A stretch of DNA of 64,000 bases from Lama glama (taxonomy: Eukaryota): NCBI GenBank assembly GCA_028534125.1, contig CM052816.1, positions 35,652,001-35,716,000 of the forward strand. Reading direction: 5' to 3'. The notes beneath the pieces are model-generated. The model was not told the origin of the DNA. It saw nothing but the letters and a program-made list of their open reading frames with translations, and made no database searches. How positions within the stretch are numbered: position 1 is the stretch's first letter; each line of letters opens with the position of its first letter. Both the position numbers and the translations under genes were made by a program. Shown in pieces: positions 51,996 through 64,000 of the stretch.

Positions 51996-54079
51996 CAAGC
52001 AAAATTAAAGAAGCTATTATTTAGGGACATCGTGTATTAATAAAAATGGAAAAAGGAACAGATAACAATAGCGCAGTTTCAGAACAGTGGTTACCCTTGG
52101 GTGGGCAGCCGTGGGACCACATGGAGGGCTTCAACTGAATCTGTAGGTTCCACTTCGTGAGTTGAAGAGTGGCTTCTCCAGTGTTTGTTTTACTAATATG
52201 CTTCATAATATATGAATATGTAAGAAATTACTTTGTTTCAAATAGTTTGTTGAATTTTAAGAGAAAGAGTTTTATACCTTGTTTAAATTGGTTGATTATC
52301 CGAGATTGCTAAACCTAGATGCAGGGTTCCTCACCCTTCGGCAGTGGAGGTCAGCTCTGTGTGAAGCAGAGCTGACGCAATCCCATGTCTAAGCAGATGG
52401 CAGAGTGAGAGAACATGCCAGTCTCACCCTTCTCCTCTCCTGTGCTGGACGCTTAGCACTGCATGCCTCCCTGGTTTCTAGCTGACCATCATTGGAATTT
52501 TAAGTGTAATAGTATGTGGCACAGAGACAGCTGTGAGAATTCTTGTGGCATATCTGTCATGTCATTACCACAGGAATCAAAAGACTGCTGCACTGTTTTG
52601 TAAAGCAGTGGGGGGCCCTTTCATTATCACTTCATTTTTAATTACACAGACAAATCTGATATCAAAACCTTTTAGTAATACAGAGACTTGTCTGATAATG
52701 AGATAATCTTTAGTTGACATGAACAGTCAGAGTCAAGTCTATCCATTTCGTTATATGAATAAACCACAATTTACCTACCCATACTATCACTGGTGGATAT
52801 TAGATTGTTTCCTGTTAAGCATTATGCTTATTCAAATTAATCCCAGTTTCTTGAGATAGTTAGTAGATACAAATGTAGTAATGTATCTTCTTCAGTCCCT
52901 AAAATGCAACCGTCTATTTCCAGGAAATAAACTTCCAAAAACTAAAATCATCTCCTAAAGAACATCCCCTTTCCTATGATTTTGCTTGGCTAATAAAACT
53001 GTGTTTGGATGCCATCAGCCTGAGAAAAGAGAAACAGCCAAAGGGCAAGTGTTTATTTCAGCTCTTTGATTCACCACGTGATGGATGGAGGTTTCTTGTG
53101 CTTTTTCTACAGTTTGGCATAACCGGGGAGATCTGGAGATGAGCGTATCACTGTCAAGTGGAGTGAGAATGCATAGCTAGGCCAGGCCAGTGGGCTCTCA
53201 CTGAGTTCTCTTCTTCAGCCTGAAACCTCCCAATGGCGTGCCTGTGTGTGGGATTGCGTGTGCATGTGTATGTGTGTACGCGCACGTGCTCACGTGTACC
53301 ACACAATCACAAATGATGTCTACTGAATGCAGTCTGTTTAGTCTTCTTTCTTCCTTGGAGTTTTCAGTGATTAACATAATGGAAAATGAAAAATTAATGA
53401 CTAAAGAAGGGCTTTTTTTAAAAGGAATGTTATTTTTAAAAAAAAAATAGATGCTACCTTGATGGGCCTGGGTGGCTACTAACTAGGGTGATTTTGTAAA
53501 TAATACCAAAATGAATGGAGAAAGCTCAGCAAGCTTGATTTGGTTAACAAATGGTCCTACTGTAATTTCAGCAGCATCTTGCAACTGAGTCACTTATCGG
53601 CGTAAGTGGAAAAAAGGACATGTTGATAATTGGATTTCAATGAAGCTTTTACTAGGGTTTCTTTGATTCCAAATCAAAAGATGGATTACTAGTCAGGGTT
53701 CATGAAGGTAAATACTGGGAGGGACGCTCATAGATAACTTAAATAATTGGGTTTAATGTGTAAATTAAGTTACTGGCATCCCTTGTTATTAGATAGTTTA
53801 GATGACCAAATTTGCTCCAATGTACACTAATGGATGTTTAGTCCTCTTCCTTACTTTTTCCCGTGGCTGCCATTGACTGTTTCTGTCCCCATTTCTTCCT
53901 AATATATTTCATTCTTATAATTATCCAAGGAGTCTAAGAAAATAAGTGATCAGAATCTTCATGCCTCCAAGGATTCGTGATACATTTGAAAGTGATCCCT
54001 AAACATGGAATTTGGGGGGAGGTGAGGAGATGGTGGTGGCAGAGAGAATTAAATGAATTATGCAAAACACTCCGTGTTC

Positions 54080-54830
54080 TAAAACATTTTGTTGTGAATA
54101 TCACAGAGAAAATCATATAACACATATACACGCAGTTGCAAAAAATTGCAAAGCAAACACCACTTAAGTCAAGAAACAGAGCAGCACTTCTGCCCGGGAA
54201 GCCCCCACCCCAAACTCCCCTTCCAAAGCCCAAGTGTCTCCCTCCTTTCAGATACAATCCCTCTCCTGGCCTTGAGAGGAATATTTTTTTTGCTTTTATT
54301 TTTGGCTACTACCTATAGGCATCGTTTAAAATGCAGTTCGGTTTCGTTTGGTTTTGAATGTTGCATGAAAGAGTCATACTGTGTGTATTGTATGGCAACT
54401 TCCTTTTTTCACTTGACAGTGCTTGTAGGATCCATCTATTTTGTTGTGTGGAAATGCCATTCTACTACTGAAAAGCATTTGGTTTGTTTCCAGTTTGGGA
54501 CAGTTAAAAATTCAGCTGCCAGCAGCATTCTCATACAGGTATCATGTGCACACAAGCACACATCTCCCGCCTACATACTTAGGAGAGGAAGTGCCACTAT
54601 CTGCCACTATCTGCCACTATCTGCACATCTTCAGTTTTATTAGGTGATGCTACACCATTTTCCAAAGGTGTTGAACCAATTCACATTTCCACCAGCAAAA
54701 TACGGAAGTTCTTATTGATCACCTATTTGCTTCCGATTGCCCTGTTGTGGTATCTTATCATGGTTTAGTCTGTATTCTCCAGAATATTAAAAAAGCTGGG
54801 TACCATTTTATGTGTTTATTGATCACCTCA
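54080..54830 (-). mobile_element. L1ME-like 3' fragment
   Basis: TTGTTTCCAGTTTGGG..TTTTCCAAAGGTGTTGAACCAATTCACATTTCCACCAGCA. Confidence 0.7.
54592..54624. repeat. 10-bp tandem repeat (TGCCACTATC)x3.3
   Basis: Perfect copies read directly; lies inside the L1ME fragment. Confidence 0.9.
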
Positions 54831-55199
54831 GAAATAATGGTTATAGAGACCTTTAAGCCAACCTTTGCCTTCCCATTTCAGAGGAAAGAAAGAACATAGG
54901 GAGGAAAGGTCTGAGAGGATTGCCACGGTTTCACTGTGGATCACAGCTCTACGGGCAAAAGCTGTGCAAAGAGGGCAAGGAAGGTGAGGGACCCTTTAAG
55001 AGGTTTATTGATTGTAAACACAACACTTTCTTTCCCGTCCTCTTCCTGTAACTTTAGCCCTTTATCTTCCTATGACTTTATTACATCTTTTTGTGTGGAA
55101 GAAGGCCATTATCTTGGATTTAAATGAGACGTTACAGGGATCTGAGCAGTGCTTCAGTGAAAAATTGTATGGTTACTGTGATGATGTACTTAAATTAAA

Positions 55200-55720
55200 T
55201 ATCACGTAAACCAATGAAATAAGAATGGGAAAAAGAGAGTTGTCACTTTTCTGCTATAGAAACAAAGTCAAATGCTTTGGAAATTCAGATGAAACGAGAG
55301 CACACAATCTTTCAGGTCAGCTATAGGGCACACAAGATGTAGAATGTGGACAAAATTATAAAAACCTCAAAGCACTTTGCATTTAGATTGCTCAAAAATG
55401 AATTTAATTTCTTATTTCTTTTTAAAGAAGTTAAAACTAGAAATCTTGGATGATATGTTATAGAGATGGTTTATTCAATAATGACAATGTAGAACATAGC
55501 TCAAAGAAAAAAGGCCTTGGCTAAACATCAAAAGATTAGCAAATGAATGTGTGTGTGTATATATATGTATATATATATACACACATACATACATATATGT
55601 GTCTGTGTTTATACTAAAAATAAAACATTGAAAAATATGTATCCATATATATTTTTAAATGATTTTAAATAACCAACTAACTATCTAACTATCCTTACCA
55701 CGTTTGATAGGAGAGCTTTT
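55200..55720 (+). mobile_element. TcMar-Tigger-like transposon remnant
   Basis: Decayed reading AIETKSNALE...KKLKLEILDDML*RWFIQ* resembles pogo/CENP-B-type HTH domains; contains a (TG)/(TA)/(CA) microsatellite at ~55548-55600. Confidence 0.55.
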
Positions 55721-55789
55721 ACTATACCTGCTTAGAACAAAACAAGATACCCAAGTGATGGGAAATCACGTTTTCAAAAGTAACATTTT

Positions 55790-58720
55790 TTTCAACTGAG
55801 GTATAATTTACCTACAATGAAATGCACACATATTAAGGTACAGTTCTTTACATTTTGACAAATATGTAGACTTTTGTAACAGGCACCTCAAACAAGCTAT
55901 ATAATATATATAAGACCAGCTATACAGCGTATGTGTGTGTATGTGTATACATATACAAATACATATGTGTTTACCACCCCAGAAGTTTCCCCAATCCCCT
56001 CACCCCACCGCAATCACTGTTCTGATTTCTATCACAAACTATTTTTGCCAGTTATTGAACATCTTATAAATGGAATCATACAGTGCATTTTCTTTGTGTC
56101 TAATGTCTTTCCCTCAGATGATCATTTTTGAGATTCATCCTGCTATGTGTATCAATCGTTGCTGAGTAGTGATACATGTGGCACAATTTATTTATCCTAT
56201 TAATAGACATTTAGAATGTTGTTGACTATTATAAGGAGCTATAAACATTTTTGTAACTCTTTTTATGGGATATATTTCTAGGAGTGGAATTGCTTGGGGT
56301 GGCATTGCTGAGTCATAGGGTATGTGTATAAACATAGACCTTACGAGAAAACTCTCAAACTGTTTTCTAAAAGGGTTATACCATTTTCCACCACTACCAG
56401 TGAATGAGAGTTTCAATTATTACACATCCTCATCGACATTTGATGTTGTCAGTCTTTCAAATTTAGCCGTTTTAGGGGCCCATTAGAAATTTAATTGGGC
56501 TTTTGTTTCAATGTCTGGATAAATTTGAGGATAATTGACATCTTAACAATATTGAGTCTTCTAGTCTATTAACATAGTGTATTTCTCTATTTATTACAGT
56601 CTTCAGTGATTATTCTCAGCAACTCAGAATAGCTTTGAGTAGAGGTCTTGTACTGCTTTTATTAATTTATTCCTATGTATATTACATTTTGATGCTACTA
56701 TATTTTTTCATTTTTGAATTGTTTGCTACTAGTACATAGAAATGCTACTTATTTTTGTACATTGTCTTTGTATCCAGCAACCTTGCTAAATTCACTTATT
56801 AGTTCTTAGTAGTTGTTTTACAGATTCCTAGGATTTTTTAATCCAAAAAAATCTGCAGTTATAAGGATAATTCTTATTTCTTTCCAATCTTTATGCCTTT
56901 TATTTCTTTTACTTGATTTATTGCACTGGCTTGTGAACTCCAGCACAATATTGCATATACATGGTGAGAACTTACCTCCTTGTTCCTGATCTTAGGGAAA
57001 AGCATTTAATCTTTCACAATTGAGTATGCTCTTAGCTTTAGGGTTTTGTAGATGCCCAGCATAAGACTGAAAAGATTCACTTATATTTTTGCTAAGTGCA
57101 TTTATTATAAATGGATGTTGAATTTTGTCAAATGTCCTTCTTAATATTTTAATAATTATTCATACCTATTGCTTTTTCTAATATCATTTTTCTTTATCCT
57201 AGAGAAATTTTTTTGAGTATTTCTTGAAGTTGATATGATCATATAGATTCTTTCACTTATTTTCTTCTGCTATACTCTAGCATCTTAATGTCCTTCTATT
57301 TTCTGAAAGGGTATGTAAAACTGGTATTCTTTATTTCTTGAATGGTTAAAAGAATTCCCCAGTGAAATTTGTTCTTGTATCAGGATAACACAAGGGACAT
57401 TTTTCATTACATCTGAGCTATAGAATATTGGCATAAAGTTGTTTATAATTCCCGGTAATTTTTTTAATGTTTGTAAGGTCAGTAATGATACCCCTGTTCA
57501 ATCCTGCTATTGGTGATTTATGTTTTCTCTCCAACAAAGAGATTTGCGTTTCTCTGTAACCAAGGCTCTATAAGTTCAAAGATATCAGCCAATAGTCCAT
57601 AACTACCTCATGGAAAAAAGTAAAAAGTCAAAGAGGAAGATGACAGAAGCCAGAATCTCTGCAACATATGGTCTGCAATGTCCTTTGTATAATCGAAAGC
57701 TAATGGATATGTGAAGGAAAAGGAAAATCTGACTCATACTCAAGAAAAAGCTCAGTCGGTTGAAATAGACCTGATATGAGCCAGATATTGGAATTAGCAG
57801 CCAAGGACTTTAAAGAAACTATTATAAATATGCCCAAGTCTTTAGAGAAAAAAACGGTCACAATGAGTGGGCAGATGGGGACTCTCAACAGAGAAATAGA
57901 AATTGAATTTAAAAAATGGAAATTCTAGAACTGAAAAGTACAACATCTGAAATAGAAAATCTATTGAACATGGATTTAAGAGCAAATGTGAGCTGGGAGA
58001 AGAGTCAGTGGACGTGACTATATAGCAATAGAAATGATCTAGTGTGAAGAATGGAGAGAACAAAAGCTGGGGGAAAACAGAACAAAGTCTGAGTGGCATG
58101 TAGTACAAATAGCCTAATATATGTGATTTGAATCCCAGACAAGGAGGGAAAAAGGAAGAGAGGTGAAAATTATTTGAAAAAATAATAGTCAAGCCCCGCT
58201 AACTTGGAGAGACTTAAACTCTTTCTTGCTTGTGTTGGCAGAGCTGAAATATCTTTTTAATCTTTTCAGCCTTCCAAGTGTTGCTTTACTGGACTCTTTA
58301 TAGTCTCCCCACTGCCTGCACAGAACAGGAGTCAGCCAGGGCTTGGTGTAGAGTTGACATCTGCCTATAAACTGATGGGTCTCGTTCATTTCCAGGATTT
58401 ACCATTCAATTTCCCATCTGTTCGCTCTTCCCTGACTCTTCAGGTCTGTATTCAGCAGCTTTCTGCTCAGGTTCTAACTGTCCTGGTACCACACAGACTG
58501 AGGAGTCCCCTCAGGGGAAAAGCTACGTCAAAGTGGATCTCATGCAATGAATGTGCTTCCTTTCCTTAAATGGTTGACTTCCCTTTAATAACTGCCTACT
58601 TTGGTTGTTCTCCAGTGACTTCAAGAGGTTTTTTGTTTTTGTTTCTTCATAGAGTTGAATTGTTACCTGTGGGAGGGTTGGTCCAATACAGGCTGCTCTA
58701 CCGCTCCCAGAACCATAACT
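55790..58720. mobile_element. L1M element: 3' end/ORF2 (-) 55790-57530, ORF1-like segment (+) ~57660-58190, 5' region (-) ~58250-58720
   Basis: TGAGGTATAATTTACCTACAATGAAATGCAC..CTTGTTCCTGATCTTAGGGAAAAGCATT (antisense); GATATTGGAATTAGCAGCCAAGGACTTTAAAG..TATTTGAAAAAATAATAG (sense). Confidence 0.75.
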
Positions 58721-58839
58721 TCAAATGTACTGGTTTTCAAAGGGCTGAGTTTAGGAGTGACCGAGGAGTGCTTTCCGTGATACACATACGCTTTGTACAG
58801 TGGCCGGGACAGCTCGTCGCCAGTCCTCGTGCTCTCTTT

Positions 58840-59222
58840 CTTCCTCAGGAATAGAACCCAGATTTGACGTGAAGTCCTTTATAGCAATGTAAGTTCTGGC
58901 TAGTGAGATATAAGCAGCAGTGGTTGGAAGTAAATTTGTGGACGTCTCCTTGAAAGAGAAAGAGACAGCAGAAGAGAGCCCCTTTGCCCTCTGTCTTTCT
59001 TCACAGCTTCCAGCATGTAGTCGGAATTTCAGCATCCATCTTAGGTCACAAATTGACAATAGGAGGGTGGGGGAAAAATTCAGAAATACAGTGGGTCCCT
59101 GATTTCTGTGGAGTCCCTATACCAGGTCTGTCCACCACTGGACTTCTTTTCAATGAGTGAAATATAAATGTTGATCTTGCTCTAGCCACTGTCAGTAGTA
59201 CTTGATGCTAATCCTAACAGAT
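58840..59222 (+). mobile_element. MLT1-like MaLR LTR
   Basis: GTTCTGGCTAGTGAGATATAAGCAG..CAGCATCCATCTT..GGGTCCCTGAT..CTGGACTTCTTT. Confidence 0.55.
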
Positions 59223-62149
59223 GTAGTTGCAGTGAGGCTCTCGTGTAAGTAATGCACCAATTAGGACAAGTGCATCTGGTGTATAGGACTTTTATCAGGG
59301 AAGAAAGCAGGTCACGTGAGAGATCACTAGTTGCAAACCAGGAGACCTGAATTCTAGTCCTGCCTCTGTCTGCTAAAGCTACATATTTTTGAGTAAGTCT
59401 CCCGACCAGGCCACAGTTTCCTCGTCTCTGAAAGTACCTCATTAAATTAAATGGTCCCTAATTTTCCTCTCCCCATTCCACTGAAACTCTCCATGATGTG
59501 GATCACATTTTTGCTGCTTTAAACAGATAGGGAGAGTGTATATATTTCTTCTTTAGTTTCATCCAGAGTCTTTACTTCCAAACGAAACTCCTTTTATCCC
59601 TCAGTTTCCAAGAACATTGTGTGACCAGAATCAAAGAGTCCATATTCCCATTGATCTTAGTCTGTTGACCTTCTGTTCTGAATGGAAAGAATATATTTTT
59701 GCAGGGTACCTCTCTGCTCACAAATATTTCCCTAATTTTTTAAGAGGCTAGAACCAGTCAGTGGTACAAATCAAACAAATAAAACACAGTTTCAATAGTG
59801 CTGAGGCTCAGAACTGTGGCTGAGACGATAAAATGGTTTTATTTTGTACATGACTATTTTTCAAACCAGAAATATGTTTTGCATCAGTGATGTGTTAAGG
59901 TCAAGTCAAGAAAAGAGACAATATGTCCCATGTCACGGAGACCAGGATAATGAGAGTGTTCTCTGGGAGCTGGCTCAGAGGCTGTTCATTTCACCGGCAA
60001 AAGGTTATACCAGACAGATTGTTTCTCATTTGATGTTTTAAATTAAACTGCTGACATGGCCTGCCTCAGAGTAAGAAACATACGTGTTTGCCAAACAGAC
60101 CCTAAAGAAAATCCCTGTTTGAGAGAGTTGGTTCCTTCAGCTGCAGCCTTTGAGGCTTTTCTGTTTTTAAGGCAGGCTTACGAATTGAGCCAAGTTTTCA
60201 ACAGCAGTGCAGCAAGAGCGCTCACAAGGGGGACTGGATGCATACGAGGCTTAGTGGCTTATCAGAGTGCTATGGGATAGAAGTTAGCTAAGTACCTAGT
60301 TCTTAATTTCCATTTAGAAATATCACACATTCAAGATGCACATGAGCTCAAAGAGGTATTACTTAGGATAGAAAACTACCTACAAGACATTCCTTTCAGT
60401 TATTCCCCTCTGTTCTGGCCCTGCCTTGCCCTCTGCAGCATCTCCACCCACCACCAAATCAGAGCTAAAGGAAAATCAAATGTCGTGCAAGTGGTCCCCA
60501 GAACAGCCACGTGAGCATCACAGGCCTGACCCCAGGCATCGGAGCAAGAATCCCTGGATGATTCAGAAGTCCTGGTCCACATATTTCCAGTAGCATTAGG
60601 CCAGGGTAACATGCTGCGCACATTCTAGGTTTGGAGGCTACCGAGCTGAGTGTAACAGACAAATCCTGCTGGCACCGAGCTTGCACTGTAGCGGGGGGGA
60701 GGGAGCAAGATCAATAAACAAGCAGACAAGTAATTATTAGGATTTCTGATGATAATAAGTGTTAGAGAAGGGAAAGGGGGTGAGGAGGTGCTGATGTGGA
60801 GGGAGGGTTCCTCCTTATACATGGTGATTGCTCTCACTGAGAGGGTGAAATTTGAACAGAGATAGAAAGGAAACCAGTGGGTGAGTAGCCAGAGGACCTG
60901 GACTCCAGTCCTGGGTCCCCCATTCTGCAAGATACTTAAACTTTGTGGTGCTTGGTCTCCTTATCTGTCAACTAGGAGCAAAAATAGTCATCATGAGGAA
61001 TCCATGGGTGATTTCAAGGTTCAGAAATGATGCACGTAGGCATGTGTGCTATTAACCCGACCAGCCAGGGGCTAGGCTTCTCGGCTCTTTACCTCTAAAC
61101 TCACAGGGGGACCAAACTGGTGATTCAGAGTTGGGAATGGAAGTATAACAATTGAGCTTTTGGTGGTTCCACTCCTCTAAGGCTTCCCTAAGCACCATCC
61201 ACAAGCTGTGGCCTCCCTTCCCAGAACAGAAGAGCCCCACATGACCTCCCCTCACTGATTTCTGTCTGCCACCCTCCCTACACCTCCTCCTGCTCACGCT
61301 CTCACCTCCACACTCTGACCTTTACTATCTGCTCTCCTTGAACATCTCCATGGCACCTTTTCCCAGACCTTGGTCCTTCCCTAGGGTGAGGCCACTTCCA
61401 CTGTCTTCTGGCCGGGAGTGTTTCTCACAACTCGGTAGCTCTTGCCGAGTCGACGTATCCTCCTCACTTCCCTTCATCTTGGGCTGTACGATGTGCAGCA
61501 TCTGCCTGCTTTGTGACCCTTGGCGCGACAGTATAAGCCGTCTTAAGGAGCTTCATCTTGGAATGCTCGGTCTCTCCCTCCTGACTGCTGGGCCAGCGGA
61601 TGAAGGGACAGGTGAGCTGACCCACCTGGAAAGTGCCCCACCAACGTGGCGGTTGACAAAAGAGAGTCCTAGGCAGGGGCCATGCCACAGTTTACATCGT
61701 GGAGTTTATTCCCCACTAACAATCAGTTCCTTCCAGTTAATTTGAGAGAATGTCTGTATTTGGTGTTTCTGTAATTTTATTTTGTGTTTCAGTTGAGTAA
61801 GTGTTGCTGAATATCTGTAGAATGTGTGATAATTTTTTTTGTAAAAAACTCAATAAAAGAAACATTAGCATAGGAAAATATTTTATGTTGTGTAAAACAC
61901 TTGGCTGAGGAAATGTTTTAATGCATTATATCAAAATGCTACAGACGCTCAGCAGCTACATTACAGGAGGGAGCTGTGTTTGGCACTAAAGGAGCCCCAA
62001 CTCAGCGTTGCCAGGTTGGGAGAAGGGCACAAGGGGAGGCCTGGATCAGAAAAAGGTTTCTCTTCAACTGAACCATCATTTATTCAGCACCTTCAATGCA
62101 AAGCACGCTTCTAGGCTCCTTGGAAAAACACACTGATGAAAAACGAGTA

Positions 62150-62300
62150 GGGAGGGTATATAGCTCAGTGGTAGAGCATGTGCTTAGCATGCACGAGGCC
62201 TGGGTTCGATCCTCAGCACCTCCATATAAATAAATAAATAAACAAACAAACCCTAATTACCCCGCCAAAAATTTTTTTAATTAAAAAAAATAAAAGAAAA
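62150..62300 (+). mobile_element. tRNA-derived SINE, camelid type, inserted in an antisense L2 fragment
   Basis: GGGAGGGTATATAGCTCAGTGGTAGAGC (A box), GGGTTCGATCC (B box), (TAAA)n..CCTAATTACCCC..A tail; same architecture as the 41215 copy. Confidence 0.88.
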
Positions 62301-62946
62301 ATGCATCCATCCTATCATCCTGTGGCTTACAAGCTAGAGATGTTCTGGGTAGAAACACGAATTCATTTGGCTGGTCTTTATGGGAGTTCCCATGAGCAAA
62401 GCCCTGCATGGGATACAGGGAAAGAAAGATACAACAGAGGTGGACTCTGCCCTCGGTTCTAACAGGGGTGAGAAGACACATTCACAAGCTGTCATTAAAA
62501 ATGTCAAATGTGATGAGTGGCAGATTTTGACATTAACGATTTTATATCATATTTTTTAAGCCAGCATCTCACAGCCATTCTACAGCCCAGTTTCACAGGC
62601 CTTTGTGGTAGAATTTTGGTCATGCTTCCCACCTGTTGTTCAAGAGGCCGAAGTTCACTGAAATGCCCTCTCACCCCTTGAGCCTCTCTTTCTATCTGAC
62701 CTCATGGGTACCTCTCACAGTAAATGCTCAATAGACCTGTGTGCACTGAACCTCCTCCACTTAATGCACATGTGGTCTCCTGACCTTAATCGTGACCTGA
62801 GCTTGCCTAAAATCCACAGTGTAGGAAGGAGACCGTGAACAACGGCCCTCCCTCCACCTCCGAGGACTTGCAGCCCAATACGCAGATTTCAGTTCAAAGT
62901 CTCAATGTTCTCTTGAAGAGGCTGCAGACTTACAGAATCCAGATCC

Positions 62947-63250
62947 TGTTGCCACGAAAGCAGCCTCTGTGCCCCGAAAACAGGTTGAGACTCGGAGGCA
63001 GAGTTTTGGGAGGATAGAAAAGAGCGGCTTTATTGCTTTGCCAGGCAGAGGGGAGTCAGCACAGGCTAGTGCCTTAGTGTGGATCCACCTTGGGGTTGGG
63101 GTCCTGGGGCTTTATCTTAACTTCGATGATCTTCCTGACGTTACAGAGGAACTTCGGAGGCTCTGTCCATTCTTTTGGGATTATCAGCCTGTTGCCTCCT
63201 TCCTGGTTAAAGCTGTTGAGTGTTTGTAGGTTGTTTGGCATAAGGGAGAG
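62947..63250 (-). mobile_element. ERV LTR-like fragment
   Basis: Starts TGTTGCC; GAGTTTTGGGAGGATAGAAAAGAGCGGCTTTATTGCTTTGCCAGGCAGAGGGG resembles artiodactyl ERV LTRs, with a minus-strand AATAAA near 63028. Right boundary unclear. Confidence 0.5.
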
Positions 63251-64000
63251 AAAGCAAATTGCAAGATTTCTTAGTCAAAAAGAATCAGCAAACAGTTTTA
63301 GCACTGAAGAAATCATTTTGTTTCCTAATCCTTCAATCCTTGACTTCACACATGTTTTGTTTCTTTGAAAATATTTACTTTTGAATGGTTAGGGTATTTA
63401 ACACCAACTCCATGCCTAGTATTCTCTGCCAGCCCCTCCCTTCTGTTGTTTTGCCTGACTGGAAACCAACGCACTTGACCTGTCAAGCTCTGAAGGCCAG
63501 CAATCTTGTCTCAACCCATCTTGACACAGGGTCTGAATTTTCAGGGGCAGGTAGACCACTGTGGCTCCAAGTTCGTACCATTCCAACACCATGAAATTTA
63601 GCACCACAATAACCTCTACTCCCAGCTCATCGGAGAAAAAAGTTGAATATCTCAGGCAACTTCCAAAGGGCTTCTGATCCCTTGACCTACACAAATGCAA
63701 TAGTCATTGAGAAAATGCCGGGAGAGGTATCATAAGGGAGCCCTAGGATATTGGAATTTTAATACACTGCGACTGAGGCTTTAAGAAAAAAAAGTCTTGT
63801 GTGACTTAAAAGCACCCGTTCTTTTAATTTTGCATAAAAATAATCTAACATTGAAGTAAAAGAAATAGGAAGTATATCAATTTTTAATAAATACAAGCCA
63901 CAAAATAAATTTAATAAATTATAAATGATAAAATTATTGAAAAATTAAATATTAAACATTCCCACATAAAAATGTAGAACATTTATTAATTAGGGAGCAT

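Noticed and set aside
54146..54643. 165-aa ORF (+)
   Set aside because: Lies antisense within a decayed L1ME fragment and includes a tandem repeat.
62150..62225. tRNA-like sequence as a true tRNA gene (also 41215)
   Set aside because: Continues into a SINE body and A-rich tail, occurs as two diverged copies, and has no oligo-T terminator right after the tRNA part.
1..64000. CRISPR arrays, operons, rRNA or a novel multi-gene system
   Set aside because: The sequence is mammalian intron, UTR and intergenic DNA. No spaced direct-repeat arrays were seen, and apart from 27810..28076, which overlaps the real exon, the track ORFs are short and look like noise or repeat-derived frames.

Overview
Mammalian genomic DNA, most consistent with a camelid: it carries two camelid-type tRNA-derived SINEs and cetartiodactyl-type L1 3' ends, and I recognised no Alu, B1, Bov-tA or PRE1. 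The window holds the 3' end of FBXL17 (F-box/LRR protein 17) on the + strand: the tail of a large intron (1-27768), the penultimate coding exon (27769-27911), a 17.9-kb last intron, and the last exon (CDS 45836-45976 plus a ~2.8-kb 3'UTR ending near an AATAAA cluster at 48.6-48.9 kb). About 15 kb of downstream intergenic DNA follows. The rest is old interspersed repeats (MIR, L2, L1M/HAL1, hAT-Charlie, Mariner/Tigger, LTR) and some repeat-free stretches that look regulatory. I found no evidence of a new gene or a novel multi-gene system. The best leads are a candidate 22-nt poison micro-exon 270 nt upstream of the penultimate exon, two other possible routes to an altered FBXL17 C-terminus, a 3'UTR G-quadruplex and poly(A)-site hairpin, and two hAT transposons stacked in one triplicated target site. 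Repeat names come from recalled consensus sequences and repeat boundaries are approximate.
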